Notes: generated by a model not told the origin, from the letters alone. Positions 50,980 to 62,462 are shown, counted from the whole stretch's first letter. The stretch is DNA of 62,462 nt, filler included, from Circinaria calcarea (GCA_051942165.1; 10 parts of 10 records of this genome joined end to end with filler, not necessarily neighbours in it); one strand, 5' to 3'. Numbers and translations are program-made.

Positions 50980-53121
50980 ATGGCATCAATTTCTTCTCTC
51001 GACAAGGACTTGCGGAACATGCGCCTGGGCAAGTACACCCCGCAAATCGCAGATGAAACTAGAAAATGGATTGAAGAGGTTCTTGGGGAACAGCTGAAAG
51101 CCGGAGATTTACTGGAGGCGCTGAAGGATGGGATAGCTCTTTGCAAGTATAGGCACCTGCTGGTCACTTGGATCAACCTCGTTCTATTCACGGGTTCTGT
51201 CTGACACGAGAGGCATAGGTTAGTAAATCTTGCAATAGGACCCCCTGGGGTACGGTACAAGCAGTCATCGATGCCATTCGTTCAGATGGAGAACATATCC
51301 CACTTTCTCCGAGCATGTCAAGCACCTCCTCTCAATCTTCCTCCGCATGATGTCTTTCTGACAGTAGATCTATACGAAAGCAAAGACCCGACGCAAGTAG
51401 TACAATGCATTGGATCGTTCAGTCGAAAAGCAAGCTTACTCCAGCCCGAAAAATTCGTTAGAGCTATAGGCGTCAGGAGTAAGGGAATGATGAGCCCACA
51501 GAATACAGGAGCAAGCAACGGCGGTTATTCTAGTGGAAGTGGTGCTTTGCCTGGCAGGGCGAGAGCTCCAAGTAATACCAGTGAGAGTAGCACATCGACG
51601 CTCAATACAGCCTCCCGGGGCGTTGCTAGCGGTTTTGGTTCCACCAAATCTACCGGGTCGAGTAAATCCAACGCAGATCCCGATGGAGGGCACGCATCAC
51701 CCACTGGGGGCACTAGTAGCTGGAGTAAAAAGGGAGATGAAGGAACGACCATGCCGGCGTGGAATATTCACCAGTATGGCTATATGGGTGGAGCTAGTCA
51801 AGGAAATCAAGGCATCACGTTCGGTGGGCGGAGACAAATCACGACTCCGGCCCCAAAAGTACCTAGTCTTGCAGAAAAGGAGCGCAAAAGACGAGAGGAG
51901 GCGGTTGAGAAAGAACGGTTGAGGTTGCAGGCTGAAGAGGCGGAGCATATCCGAAAGGTGAAAAGACAAGCGGAAGAAGAACAAGAAAGGGTAGCTGAAG
52001 AGAGGAGATGGGAGGAGGAAACTCGGCAGCAACGAGAGCGAGAAAAGAAGGAGGCTGATATTGAGAAACAGCGCTGGGAAGAGGAGGAGAGGAAGTGGAA
52101 GGAGGAAGAAGAGATCCGCCTCAGAGAAGAGAAAGAAGCTGAAGCACGGATCGAAAAGGAACGTCAGCGGAAAAGAGCGAACAGCGATGCTCGCCTTAAG
52201 GGCCAATTCCTTAGCCAGTACCAGTCCGAGCAACGACAGGCATCTAGAAGCCTCAATGCAGAAGACCCTGAACGAGTTGCAGAACGTGAACGAGTAAAGG
52301 ACCTGGAGAGGCAATTGGAAGAAGCCAAGGAGCGCGAACGACAGTACGAACGTGAGCGACAAGCAAGACTTCGCTCCGATTCAAATCAACACAGCAGTAG
52401 GGCTCAATTCTCAACAGGACCAGTCAAACCCCAGGAAGCCCCCAGAAGACAGCCTGAGACACCATCGCACTCCCACAAGAATAGCGAAGATTCATGGCAA
52501 GCCAACGAAAGAGAATATCCTCGCCAAGAATGGTCAAGTCACCAAGAGACAGCCCTCGAACGCTCAAGGGACCCCCTTCCGACACCTCTGCAACCCCCAA
52601 GACGACTCCCCACCCCTGGATCACAATCTCCAAATCCGCCACCGCAGCCATCAAACCAGGAGATCTCTCCCTCCTTGCCTACACGCCCTCTTCCGGATCC
52701 AAAAGCCTACACCTCCCAACCCGCCACCTCCCGCACCTCCGCCTTCCTATCCACAAACCCCGCACCAACCCCCCCGAAACCAATCGCCCACCTCGCTCCC
52801 GAACTAACTTCCACCTCCGAACAAGACGCAGAAACCTCCCGCCGCACCGCCTCCCAGTCCAAAACTAAAGCCGGCGGCTGGGCCTCCAAATCTCTCCTCG
52901 AACGCGAGATGGAGCGCGAAAGGCAGCGACAACAGGAATGGGAGGAAGCGCAAAAGGCAACGAAGGAGGCGGCGGAGAGAGGCGTGAAAGATGGTGGTAC
53001 GGGTCCGGGAGAAAGTTGGGACATCAATCAGTATGGGTATATGGGGGGTGATAATCAGAATAGGGGTGGTGTGGTGTTTGGAGGGAGGAGACAGATCATT
53101 GGACCCAGGCCGAAGCCCTAG
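50980..53121 (+). CDS. Calponin-homology/transgelin (Scp1-like) actin-binding protein with coiled coil
   Basis: MASISSLDKDL, LLEALKDGIALCK|LVN, MPFVQMENISHFL, FLTVDLYESKD; two QYGYMGG...FGGRRQI calponin-like repeats. Intron 51147-51218. Confidence 0.9.
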
Positions 53122-53457
53122 GAGGTAGGTTATGCAGGAAGTCAGCTCTACCTGCGGGAGGTCTTATGGGAACGAGCTATGAGTGCATGCGAGCATTGGC
53201 AGTTCTACGTCTTCTGTGACTTCGACTCCAAGCTGCCGACTACTCTGATAGCTGTTGAGCAAAGTCCTGCCTGACGACAGTTTCTATTCTTACAGCCGAT
53301 AAACTTCTGTAGCTTCTAGCAAGCGTCTTTCATAGCAACACCCTAGTAACTGTGGCCTCATGACCTTCGCCTTACACTAATCCCAATTCTCCATCCACAC
53401 CACCAGCAACCTTTACTTCTCCAACCTCCCCATACCCTTCCTTTCCCTCATTTTTTC

Positions 53458-54318
53458 TTATCTCCCATCCCCGCCAAATCCAGGCGGCGGTCCGAAGCCG
53501 CCCGGTCCTCCTACCGGACTCGGCCCTCCCATCTGTGGTGGCGGAAAGCCAGGCGGTGGGAATCTGAAATCGGGAGGTAGACCGCCGGGGGGAGGGAAGG
53601 GCATACCATTTGGCATCATGGGAGGCATACCGCCAGGGGAAGGGGCTGGAGGGAAAGGAGGGAAGGGTATGCCGCGGCCGTTAGGGCCAGGAGCTGTGGC
53701 GAGTTAGCTAGGAGGGTGGATGGACTATTATAAGTGAGATAGAAAGACATACGGGGAAAACCACCGGGGGGAGCGCCAGGCATTCCAAAGGGTGGTGGAG
53801 GCATACCGCCTGCAGTAGAATTTGTTAGCAATCTCTCGGAGCGAATGAGTTTACAGAGGTATTGTATACCAGGGAAACCAAACGGCGGAGGAGGAAACGG
53901 TTGTCCCGGTCCCGGATGTTGTCCTAACATGGGATTTGCGCCTGCTTGGCCTTCGGCCGCGTAGGAGGATGTGATGGAGTCGATGACGGATTGGGCTTTT
54001 TCATGGCCGATTTCTGCAAGTCACCACACCATTAACAGAGGTCCTTTGGCGTGAGTTATTACAAGTAGGTGAGAGGAGCATACGTTGGTAGTAGTCGACC
54101 ACATTCCGTAGGTGGTTCTTGCCAGTGTTGTGAGCTTTCCGTACACTCATGGAATCGTGGGTGAGGTACACATCGCAGTAGTCACCTTGGGCCGATCAAT
54201 ACTAATTTTAGGTGCCGACAGAGTGGGCTGTTACTAGAAATAGGGTACCTACAGAAGAGTGAGGCGTGTCAGTAAAGCTTTTGTTAGATATAGGGATAAG
54301 GAACTTATATTTCGGCAT
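53458..54318 (-). CDS. YHC1: U1 snRNP protein C (U1-C), 6 exons; first intron AT-AC; 6-nt microexon
   Basis: Exons 54318-54309, 54258-54253, 54185-54084, 54013-53870, 53809-53753 and 53693-53458 give [57 protein letters not shown] plus a Pro/Gly/Met-rich tail (matrin-type zinc finger). Confidence 0.95.
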
Positions 54319-55221
54319 GATTGCAGTTGTATTGGCTTTACTATATGGAGAGGCGCAAGTTCCAGAGACCTGGACCTTCAAATCAATATGGTAATTTCTC
54401 CATAGGAGACTTTCTGGGCTACTCAACGGCTGAAAGAGAGTCCGGGCCCCGATGTGGACCTTGCTGAAGTCGATCGTCTTCCTTTTCTTCCCCTTCAATC
54501 GATGACAGCTAAGAAGTCAGCTCTAAGTAATTGCTCACAGAGTCGTGTTAATGCAACCCCGTTGCAAGCCAGAGGTCTTGTCATTCTGCGTTGAATTCGT
54601 AGAGCCGGAGCCTTCGGTGGACACTTTCACCAACCTTGAAAATTTTCCTTAACTAATCTCCCTGCTATCTATCTCATATGCTTCTGTCAACCAAATCATC
54701 CCTTTCCCAGCTATGTAGTAATGAATCATACAAGTGTTGATTTGCTTAAACAATGATGGTGTTGCTTGATATCTGCAAACTTTAAGATATCACGTCTTAA
54801 GTTCCATAGCTTTAGCTAGGTGCCACGGACAGTGTGTGGAGATAACACCTTATAGGCTCATATAACCAGGTGTCTTTCCTTGATGGGAGTTTCTCCAACC
54901 AGGTTAGGTGTATTATTGTTTTCATCCTGTATGTTGAGATTCAGCGTGGTAACTCAGGAAAAAGGTTTTCTAGTACCATGGCACTTACTACGTCTAAAGT
55001 CAAAGCACAGCTAGTGTGATGGCATCGAGAGGTGTCTGACGTCGCGTATAAAAGCATGGGCGGATGCTTTTGCATATGATATTATTGTTCTCTGCATATA
55101 TAAAGAGCCTTGAGGCCACCTATCAATCGATATTCAAACCATCACATTCTTTCCATCAAAGAAAAACGTCCAACTCCCTACCACCAATTAAGCAATCATA
55201 CCACATCTCGCAACCTCCAAG

Positions 55222-55803
55222 ATGCATTACTCCCAGCTCCTTGCCGTCTCCGCCCTCGCCGTCCTCGGCGCCGCCACACCCACTCCTGCCAAGATCGCCC
55301 CGCGTGCCTGCACCACCCAACTCCCCTCATACTATCAGAAAATGTCCGAAGCCAGTCCTATTGAAAACTACCCGCAGAATGGCGTCTTCCAAGCTAGTCA
55401 GGATAAGGACGGTGCCAACGAGTTCGTTACCATTGTTCATTTCCAAGGTGTCCGCAATGGCTCGTACGCCTGCCAACTCAACATCGCCTTCGACTCTACG
55501 AAGGATATGGCCAGCTCCGGAAAGACGCTGTTGTACGTCTACATCGTATCCAAACCCGCCAGCGCAAACGACACCTTCTCTACAGTCTTATCTAATAGCG
55601 AGGACACCCCAGTGGGAAGCTTGTGGGGTGCTGGCACCATCCGTGAGGCGACCATGGTGATGAACAGCAGATCTTGCGCGTCAAACCTGGTCTTCCTGGT
55701 TAGGATTGCGAGTGATTACGAGGCCGGATCGGTGGCATACACAGATGATTCTGCTCTTGATGGGCCCAGAATAAATGGGTTCTACCTGACTTACAACTGT
55801 TAA
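55222..55803 (+). CDS. Small secreted protein (But2 C-terminal-domain-like, 4 Cys)
   Basis: Signal peptide MHYSQLLAVSALAVLGAA; GSYACQLNIAF, NSRSC, terminal GFYLTYNC; TATA-like elements at about 55048 and 55097. Confidence 0.7.
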   Translation: MHYSQLLAVSALAVLGAATPTPAKIAPRACTTQLPSYYQKMSEASPIENYPQNGVFQASQDKDGANEFVTIVHFQGVRNGSYACQLNIAFDSTKDMASSGKTLLYVYIVSKPASANDTFSTVLSNSEDTPVGSLWGAGTIREATMVMNSRSCASNLVFLVRIASDYEAGSVAYTDDSALDGPRINGFYLTYNC

Positions 55804-56218
55804 GTCAGTGGCGGGTTGACTACGGGATCGAGGTTTGATGAGTTACACATCGTTTCTGAGTGCAGGACATGGAGGGGGCGGAGAGAGTGCCGAACTTGAC
55901 GTTTGGCAAGAGTGGGAGTTGAAGCCTTAGGACAAAAGTTTTGATTTAGAGAAAAAACAAAGACAGTAAATATCTAATATGATTAATGAAACGCTATCTC
56001 ACCAACGACAAGATAAGCCCTCCGGGGTGTTTAAAAGGGATACCCTGAAAGTTCTTTCATCTGTCGCTACAGCTCACATCCCATAAATGATATCGAAGCT
56101 GTTCCCCTCGCCCTCCAACTCCCCTTTCCCCCATTCTACCACTCTCTCCTCATAATCCCTTTCACCATCTTCCTATACTCCATTTCCCCCCAAATAATCC
56201 CTTCCCCTACCACCATCC

Positions 56219-56318
56219 NNNNNNNNNNNNNNNNNNNNNNNNNNNNNNNNNNNNNNNNNNNNTTAATTAATTAANNNNNNNNNNNNNNNNNNNNNNNNNN
56301 NNNNNNNNNNNNNNNNNN
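56219..56318. other. Artificial contig spacer
   Basis: N44-TTAATTAATTAA-N44. Confidence 0.99.
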
Positions 56319-56319
56319 G

Positions 56320-57081
56320 CACACGGAGCTACCCCTACCATCGCCCATCACGGGGTGCCAGTGCTTTCAGCTGGCACTTCAGAAACTGTCGAGCGTCAAC
56401 CTCATATCCACGTCTCAAACCACCACGTTTGATGTTGCACTACAGCAGGGCAAAGAATCCATTGCTCTACTGGGCTCTATTCTTCGCTGTAGCTGCCGCA
56501 TGCTTGACCACGTTCTCGTCATCATCCTCGCAAGCCTCATTTCACGAACTCTATCACTCTACCAATCGCTCTGTACCGTGTACCTGGGGCATCGGTCACC
56601 GCCTTGCGCCGGCCACGAGGAAACCAACAACCGGAATCCATCCAGCAGAACCCCTCAGGCTCGAGTCACCTTGGGCATGTACGAACTGGACGAAGATGAT
56701 CAGGATCGTCTCAAACTGAACATTGTCTGGTTAGAGCTTCAGAAGGTGGAAGACATCATCTTCATTTTCCGCGAACAACTCTGCGCGGCTAACTCGGTGC
56801 CATGGCCGTTGTCGTCCGCGTCCTCCACATTCAACGGCCCATTCTCGGTTGGAGGATTGGAGGATGGGATCCGGTCTCCCACCAACGGCGGACCGGGCGG
56901 CTCGGCTTCTACTCCGATACGTCATGACACGGGCGGGGAGGATCATTCGCGCTTACATTGTGAGCTAGCCGAGATCCTGGCCCGGGACCTCAAAATGGCA
57001 TATGAAGCCGTGCAGGGGCGGATGCGCAGGACCAACACCGACCGCCGGGCGACGTGGTACAGTCAGGAATTCCCCCTCTGA
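56320..57081 (+). CDS. AflR-like regulatory-domain protein (probable Zn2Cys6 transcription factor), 5' truncated
   Basis: Open from the contig edge: CQCFQLALQKL...FDVALQQGKESI..LGSILRCSC...ASLISRTLSLY...VTLGMYELDEDDQDRLKLNIVWLELQKV. The DNA-binding domain is not in the window. Confidence 0.7.
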   Translation, partial: HTELPLPSPITGCQCFQLALQKLSSVNLISTSQTTTFDVALQQGKESIALLGSILRCSCRMLDHVLVIILASLISRTLSLYQSLCTVYLGHRSPPCAGHEETNNRNPSSRTPQARVTLGMYELDEDDQDRLKLNIVWLELQKVEDIIFIFREQLCAANSVPWPLSSASSTFNGPFSVGGLEDGIRSPTNGGPGGSASTPIRHDTGGEDHSRLHCELAEILARDLKMAYEAVQGRMRRTNTDRRATWYSQEFPL

Positions 57082-58096
57082 GCGCCTCGAGCAAGGAGTT
57101 CGGGAATCAATAATGCTACATCAAAGTGCATCATCTGTGGCTGCATCGCATTAGAGCATAGACGATAGATATACACCAGTAATGATAACCACGCGAAATG
57201 ACCGTCCACGATCTACAATTATTGATAAGCTGCAGCCCCGTTCGATTCTGATTACTTTGTCCCTAGACCATGGACGTGCATGGCCTAGACGTTCCATGTG
57301 TTAGATGACATCAGGAAAGTAAAGCAAAGCGAGATTGCCTACAGACCCCATCTATTCTTATTCTTACCATGGCAATCCATCGATATACGTTAACGTTCCT
57401 ATCCCCGACCCGGACCCGGACCCGGAGAAGGTTCGAGTCTGCAGTACGGAAGTACGCGATGAGCTGCCCTACTCCACTATACAATAAATGGATCCGGATC
57501 GGTTGGCAGGATATGCATGGGCACCTGCATAATCAAGCCTGGATGTGGCAATCGAACGGTTCCAATCGGCCTCTCGGGCTCTCGAGAAGCGTCCATGTAT
57601 TCTAGTTCTACCAGCCGACTTTTTAAGATTCGCTCATGCACAGATCCGCCCTCCTGGCATGCCTTTCCGATGCATGATTATCTTCCGTTTTGCAGCCAGA
57701 GTGACAGGAACGGGGTGAGAAGGGGGCACATGGTCGTCTGCAAACATGATGCATGGCGACGTCGCCGTCCAAATTGAACCAGCCACCAGATCAGACTTAT
57801 AGAGAGAGGATCACAGCATTCCGAGGGCATGGGAGAATTGATTGAGGCGCTTGGGCGGTTAGTGCTTGACGTGAGGCGTTGATGTTAGTTAGCGTATATT
57901 TCTACCGGTGGGTCAGCCCCGAGAATAGGCTGAGCTACCGCCTGGGCTTTCGGCTATCCCCAGCACAGACCCGCTGTCCACCAACACTTCTGGCAAGGGC
58001 AAGGTACACGACCACCACGACTGGAAGGTTTGCCGTGGCGGGCAGTTTCGGGGGTTCCCTTTCTCTTTGGACTTGGACTTTCTGGTGCCAAAGCAA

Positions 58097-58126
58097 ACTT
58101 TCGTCAGTACTTTCGTCAGTACTTTC
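58097..58126. repeat. 12-bp direct repeat (ACTTTCGTCAGT) x2.5 containing CGTCA half-sites
   Basis: actttcgtcagt actttcgtcagt actttc. Confidence 0.8.
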
Positions 58127-61100
58127 CCCACGCGCGGTGCTCATCCCAGCCGCTGCGGCTTCGTATTCCCCGTCAGACTCGACAGCCAACAGAAAGCGTG
58201 CGTAGTGAGGTCATCCACAGTCCTACTCTCGGAGCTCCCTCCGTCCACGTCCGTCTGAACTCCAAGAGCCCGGCAATCTCAGAGAGAGGATTCCACCCAG
58301 GCCCCTTGGCCAGCTAGTTTCCCTCGACGAGCAGGCATCCCATTCCCCGGCAAGCCGCCAACACACCCATCGTGTCAACCTCGGGTGATATCAGTCACGA
58401 CCAGGATTGTGCATGGATGCCGGCCAGGACATGAAACAACCACGGCATCAAGCTCGCTTAAGCCACGAATCGCTCCGAGTCCGCCCGCACCCTCTTCACC
58501 ACACTCCCGCTCATCCTCCACCACCACCACCACCACCATCACCACCACCATCACCTTCATCCACACCCCAATGGTGGTTTACCGCAGGATTGAATGCAAG
58601 CTCAAGCCATTCGACATGTTCCCGGGTATGCCGCTACGCAAGGCCTATGCGCGAGGCACACATGGAAGGTAAGTAGTCTATCACTGGTCGGTATCTCTCC
58701 TTTTGCATTTGTCGGTGGCCCTGCTTGACGCAGAGACGTGCCAATCTCTATCGCTGGAAAAAGCCCATGCTCGATTATGCTTTTCGACTCAAATCCCATT
58801 CCTGGCCTTTCATCCTACGCCAGGGACATGCTCAGCCACTACCATCCAACCTTCTACCAAGCAATTCTCTTCGTGCTATCTCTCCCATCACCCTCCACCT
58901 TACAGGAAAAACGGATTGTTCATCATCCCTCCCCGGGTTTGATAGCCGCTCCCCTCTCTGGTCTCCATCCACGCCACCTCCCACTCTCACCGTCCTCCTT
59001 TCACTGCCCCCATCTAACCCGCCCTCAGCTTCGAATCCACATCCACCGACCATCCTGCTCCCCCCCAAGCACCATCATCGAACTTGATAGCAATGCACCA
59101 CCGTCGAGCAGCAGCAGAGTCAAATGACACGTGCCAAAGTCCCATCTCGCATTCCGACATGCACTATGCTATGCATGAAGATCCTCTCAAAGTTTTCGAT
59201 TTTTCCATCCATCCATCTTACTGCGCTGCTGCTTGTGCATCTCCGGATACAACCCAACAGATCCCCCAACCCATTTAAGCCTTTTAGTCGCGCTTTCACT
59301 TTCGGCACATGTCTTGTCAACGCCTATCGATGGATTACCATGCGTCGATCTTGCCTTCCCCCCTTGCCTCATTCCTCCTAGAACTTGGAGCCACACTCGC
59401 TATACTTATCTAGAGTTATCCAGAAGCTACTTAATTCCTGGGATTATTAACCTGGTTGCAGATGAACGAGGAATCGGAGATGTAATCACCTATCGTCGTC
59501 CTGATGGTTGCTATCCTCATCATCTCGGATTGTTCCTGTTCTCATCCCCCCTATGATCCTTCCAATCCTTCCAATCCTTCCTACCTCTCCTTTCCTGATC
59601 CCCCCGATCCCGACTCGGCGATTCCATTCTGGAGTATTAATCTTATCGGCGTCTATCAATACAATCTCGTTCCAACTCTACACCTAACTGCACGTACGGC
59701 CATCCTCCATATCACTTTGCCGTAGCGCACACACATTCGATAGCTTTTTATACTACTCGCCCATTTCACGGTTTCAATCTCGGATTATAGATCTTATTAA
59801 TTACCATGCATCCACCAGCTCTTTTTTCCATTCCTCCGATTGCGCCATACAGTCCGCTTAAGGCCCCCCGAACAGTTCTTCCTACAGGATTAATCACCGA
59901 GAAAAATATCCCCGAGTCCACCGTTCAATCTAATGCAAAGCCAGACCAACGATATTTTCGTGCAGCGTGCAGCATGCAGCATGCAGCACTAGAATATTTT
60001 TAATGTCCGATTCCGCCTTTGACAGCTGCATAACAACGCAGACATCTCAACGTGGCCCCTGGTCTATGGGATCCCCGAAATTTTCCCCTCATCGTCATGC
60101 ATTCCCCCGTTGTCCGAGCCCCAATTCCTTTTGCTTACCATTGTTCACACCGCCCTATCAGCCATCTTCTTTCAATTTAGAATAGCTCCCCCAATCCTAG
60201 GAAAATTGATAGCTCTCCGAGATCTCCAATCATAGTTTGAATAGGGGCACCCCCTTTCCATTGATGCACGAAACCAAAAACTCCCTCAACCACCGCCTCC
60301 TATAAACCCAATTTTTTTTCCTTACCAGGGCTGTCCTCCAACCAAGTCTCCTGCACTCTTTTCACGTAATTCCTTTCACCTACCCACTCACGCTCCTCCC
60401 CTCCTTTACACCCACCCACTCACGCAGCAACTTCAAACTACATCAAATCCCCCTGTGCACCCGCAATACCCAATACAAGTCCTATTTACCCCCTACCCTA
60501 CCTAACCTAACCAATGGAAGACCCCAACCTCAATGCAACGTTGATACCGGTCGATAAAATGGAAACGGGCTGAGAAACGCGTTTCTGCCATGGAGCACAA
60601 TAAAAGACCGCTATCTGTCTCCCACTCAAGAGATCCCACTCAAAGGGATCCCCGAAGGCCCTACCATTTCCCGTCGCGATGCCACACCCGCCCAACCCAA
60701 GAACAAGTTCTAATGACGACCACCTGCAAGTACGAACTCCACGCATAGCCCTTCAAACTGACTGACCTTGGACAAGAAGCCAAAGGATCCTTCCTAACCC
60801 AAGGATACTGTTTTTTGGTTAACCAAACGCGGCAGAAATGTCATGTCATGTTTCTGTTGTGGGGCACGAAGGGTGTGCGCACGGTGTTATTCACCTAATA
60901 AATTGCATTTTTCTATATATATTTACTTTCTGATGTTCACTTTCTCCATGAACGAAAAATTGGCCATCTTTTATACATCGAGGGGGACTCTCAATCGACA
61001 AAAATTTGGAAACGGCGCCGTTCAAGTTTACGAACGGTTCAAAGCAAGGAGAAAAGGGAACAAGGTGCGAATATCATTTTCACACCCTGGATTTCGGGAC

Positions 61101-62462
61101 CTGGGGGAAAGTGGGTAGGAGGTCCGAGTCGAAGTCCCCCACGTTCCGGAGGGCTTGAATGGAAATTCAAGGTCGAGTTGACCAGCCATGAGACGTGTAA
61201 AGCCGAAATATGACCAAAAAACGTAAAAGATTTTTTTTCTTGAATACAGTCGGACTTGCTCTTTCCTCCGCTCGATTGGGCTTAGGGCTCGACAGCATAC
61301 CCGAAAAACTACCCGTAGAGCACCTAGTTAGTTGTAAACCCCTCAGAGCCTCAGAGTCACTTTTCCCCCCTAAGACAAAACTCTCTCTCTCTCTCTCTCC
61401 CGATACTATATTCGTGAAAAGTGAAATGAAAATTTTTTAAAGGAAAAGCGAGGGCTTTCGGTTGTTCGTGAGGAGGAAGCAGGAGGGAGTTTGATAAAAG
61501 GAAAAAAAATTCGAACGGGTGAGCAAAAACCGGGGCATGGATATATAACCCCTCCCCCACCCCCTGGGGCCAAGGCAACTTTCAACGAAAAAACCTCAGT
61601 TGGGTTGAAAGAAAGAAAAGGGGGCGAGGGAGCGCTGTGGTGGAGCCAAGGCGACTAGTGATTGTGCGCACATATGGAATGGGCAGGCAGGCACGGAGGA
61701 CTCACAGACATACACTCCTTCAGCATAACAGAGCAGCATAGCAGTCGGAAATGCAATACTGAAACCGGTCCTGATATCTCCCTTGTATATGCACTATATA
61801 GTGTAGCAGTCAGTTCATGCTATACACCCTTTGATTCTTCACTATTCAGGCCCCGTTACCCAATTCTCGACAGCGTCTTTGCCTATACCTTAGGAGCATA
61901 GCGGAGCACCCTCTTTTCTCCACAGCGCCAGGGAGAGAGGCGGAGGCCAACAAGAAAGGGAAAATGACTGGACCTTAAAACTCCCCCGCTCCCAAAAAAA
62001 AATCCAGGGTTTCTTTTCCGCGCCCGAGAGAAAGATAACCCCGTTATTTAAAAATGAGAGGGGAGAAAACAACCCCCCCACCCCGCCCTCCTTCCCGGAG
62101 GCATTGTTACAGTACAGTATAGTACAGTAAGCCATAGAATCTATTTAATCTATCCCAACCGACTTTTGCAGATTTGGGATTGGGGGGAAGGAAGTTTTTG
62201 TTGGAGATTGAATTTTGGGAAATCTAGTTGGGGGGGGGGGAATATTGCTGGGGTTGAGTTGGGTTCAGGTTCAGTGTAAGGGCCTCTACCAGAACCCGCC
62301 TACGAACCCTACCACACGGGTGAACTATATACCGAGGTCACGAAGGTCTTGGCTTAGCGAGAAGGGTTTTCCTCGCGAAGCACGAAGCGTTACCACCAGT
62401 ATTTCTATAGTATGGTAATAATTTCATACGTTATGCGAACAAATTTGAGCACATTATCACAC

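Noticed and set aside
54259..54308. U12-type intron or stwintron explanation for the U1-C AT-AC intron
   Set aside because: There is no ATATCC donor or TCCTTAAC branch. The only internal GT...AG (54304-54278) is 27 nt, too short, and does not restore MPKFFC.
57405..57450. GGTTCGAGTC B-box-like motif suggesting a tRNA or SINE
   Set aside because: No T-stem pairing, A-box or cloverleaf.

Overview
This is not one locus. It is ten fungal contigs of 6174 down to 6144 bp, in strictly descending length, joined by nine artificial 100-bp spacers (N44-TTAATTAATTAA-N44), so gene neighbourhoods only mean something within a contig. The DNA is from a filamentous ascomycete (Pezizomycotina-type genes; short GT-AG introns with CTRAY branch points). 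Genes recognised: Reb1-like Myb protein, allantoinase, Vma12, Ole1, UapA/UapC permease, MOSC protein, Ytm1, FAH-family hydrolase, Avt3/4, a PTH11-like/P450/Tri7-like acyltransferase cluster fragment with a MITE, Gac1-like PP1 subunit, Cdc16, vWA protein, carboxylesterase, glucokinase, a DUF6604-like protein carrying a bacterial-type SEC-C motif, NDUFAF2-like factor, calponin-homology protein, U1-C, a small secreted protein and an AflR-like regulator. Main discovery: the U1 snRNP C gene yields its conserved MPKFFCDYC N-terminus only if its first intron is spliced as a 50-nt AT-AC intron with major-spliceosome-type signals, followed by a 6-nt microexon. This is a candidate splicing-autoregulation switch in a lineage without a minor spliceosome. 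Also notable are matching UaY-type CGG-N6-CCG plus GATA modules about 650 bp upstream of both purine-utilisation genes. Family assignments come from recognising motifs by eye; no database searches were run.
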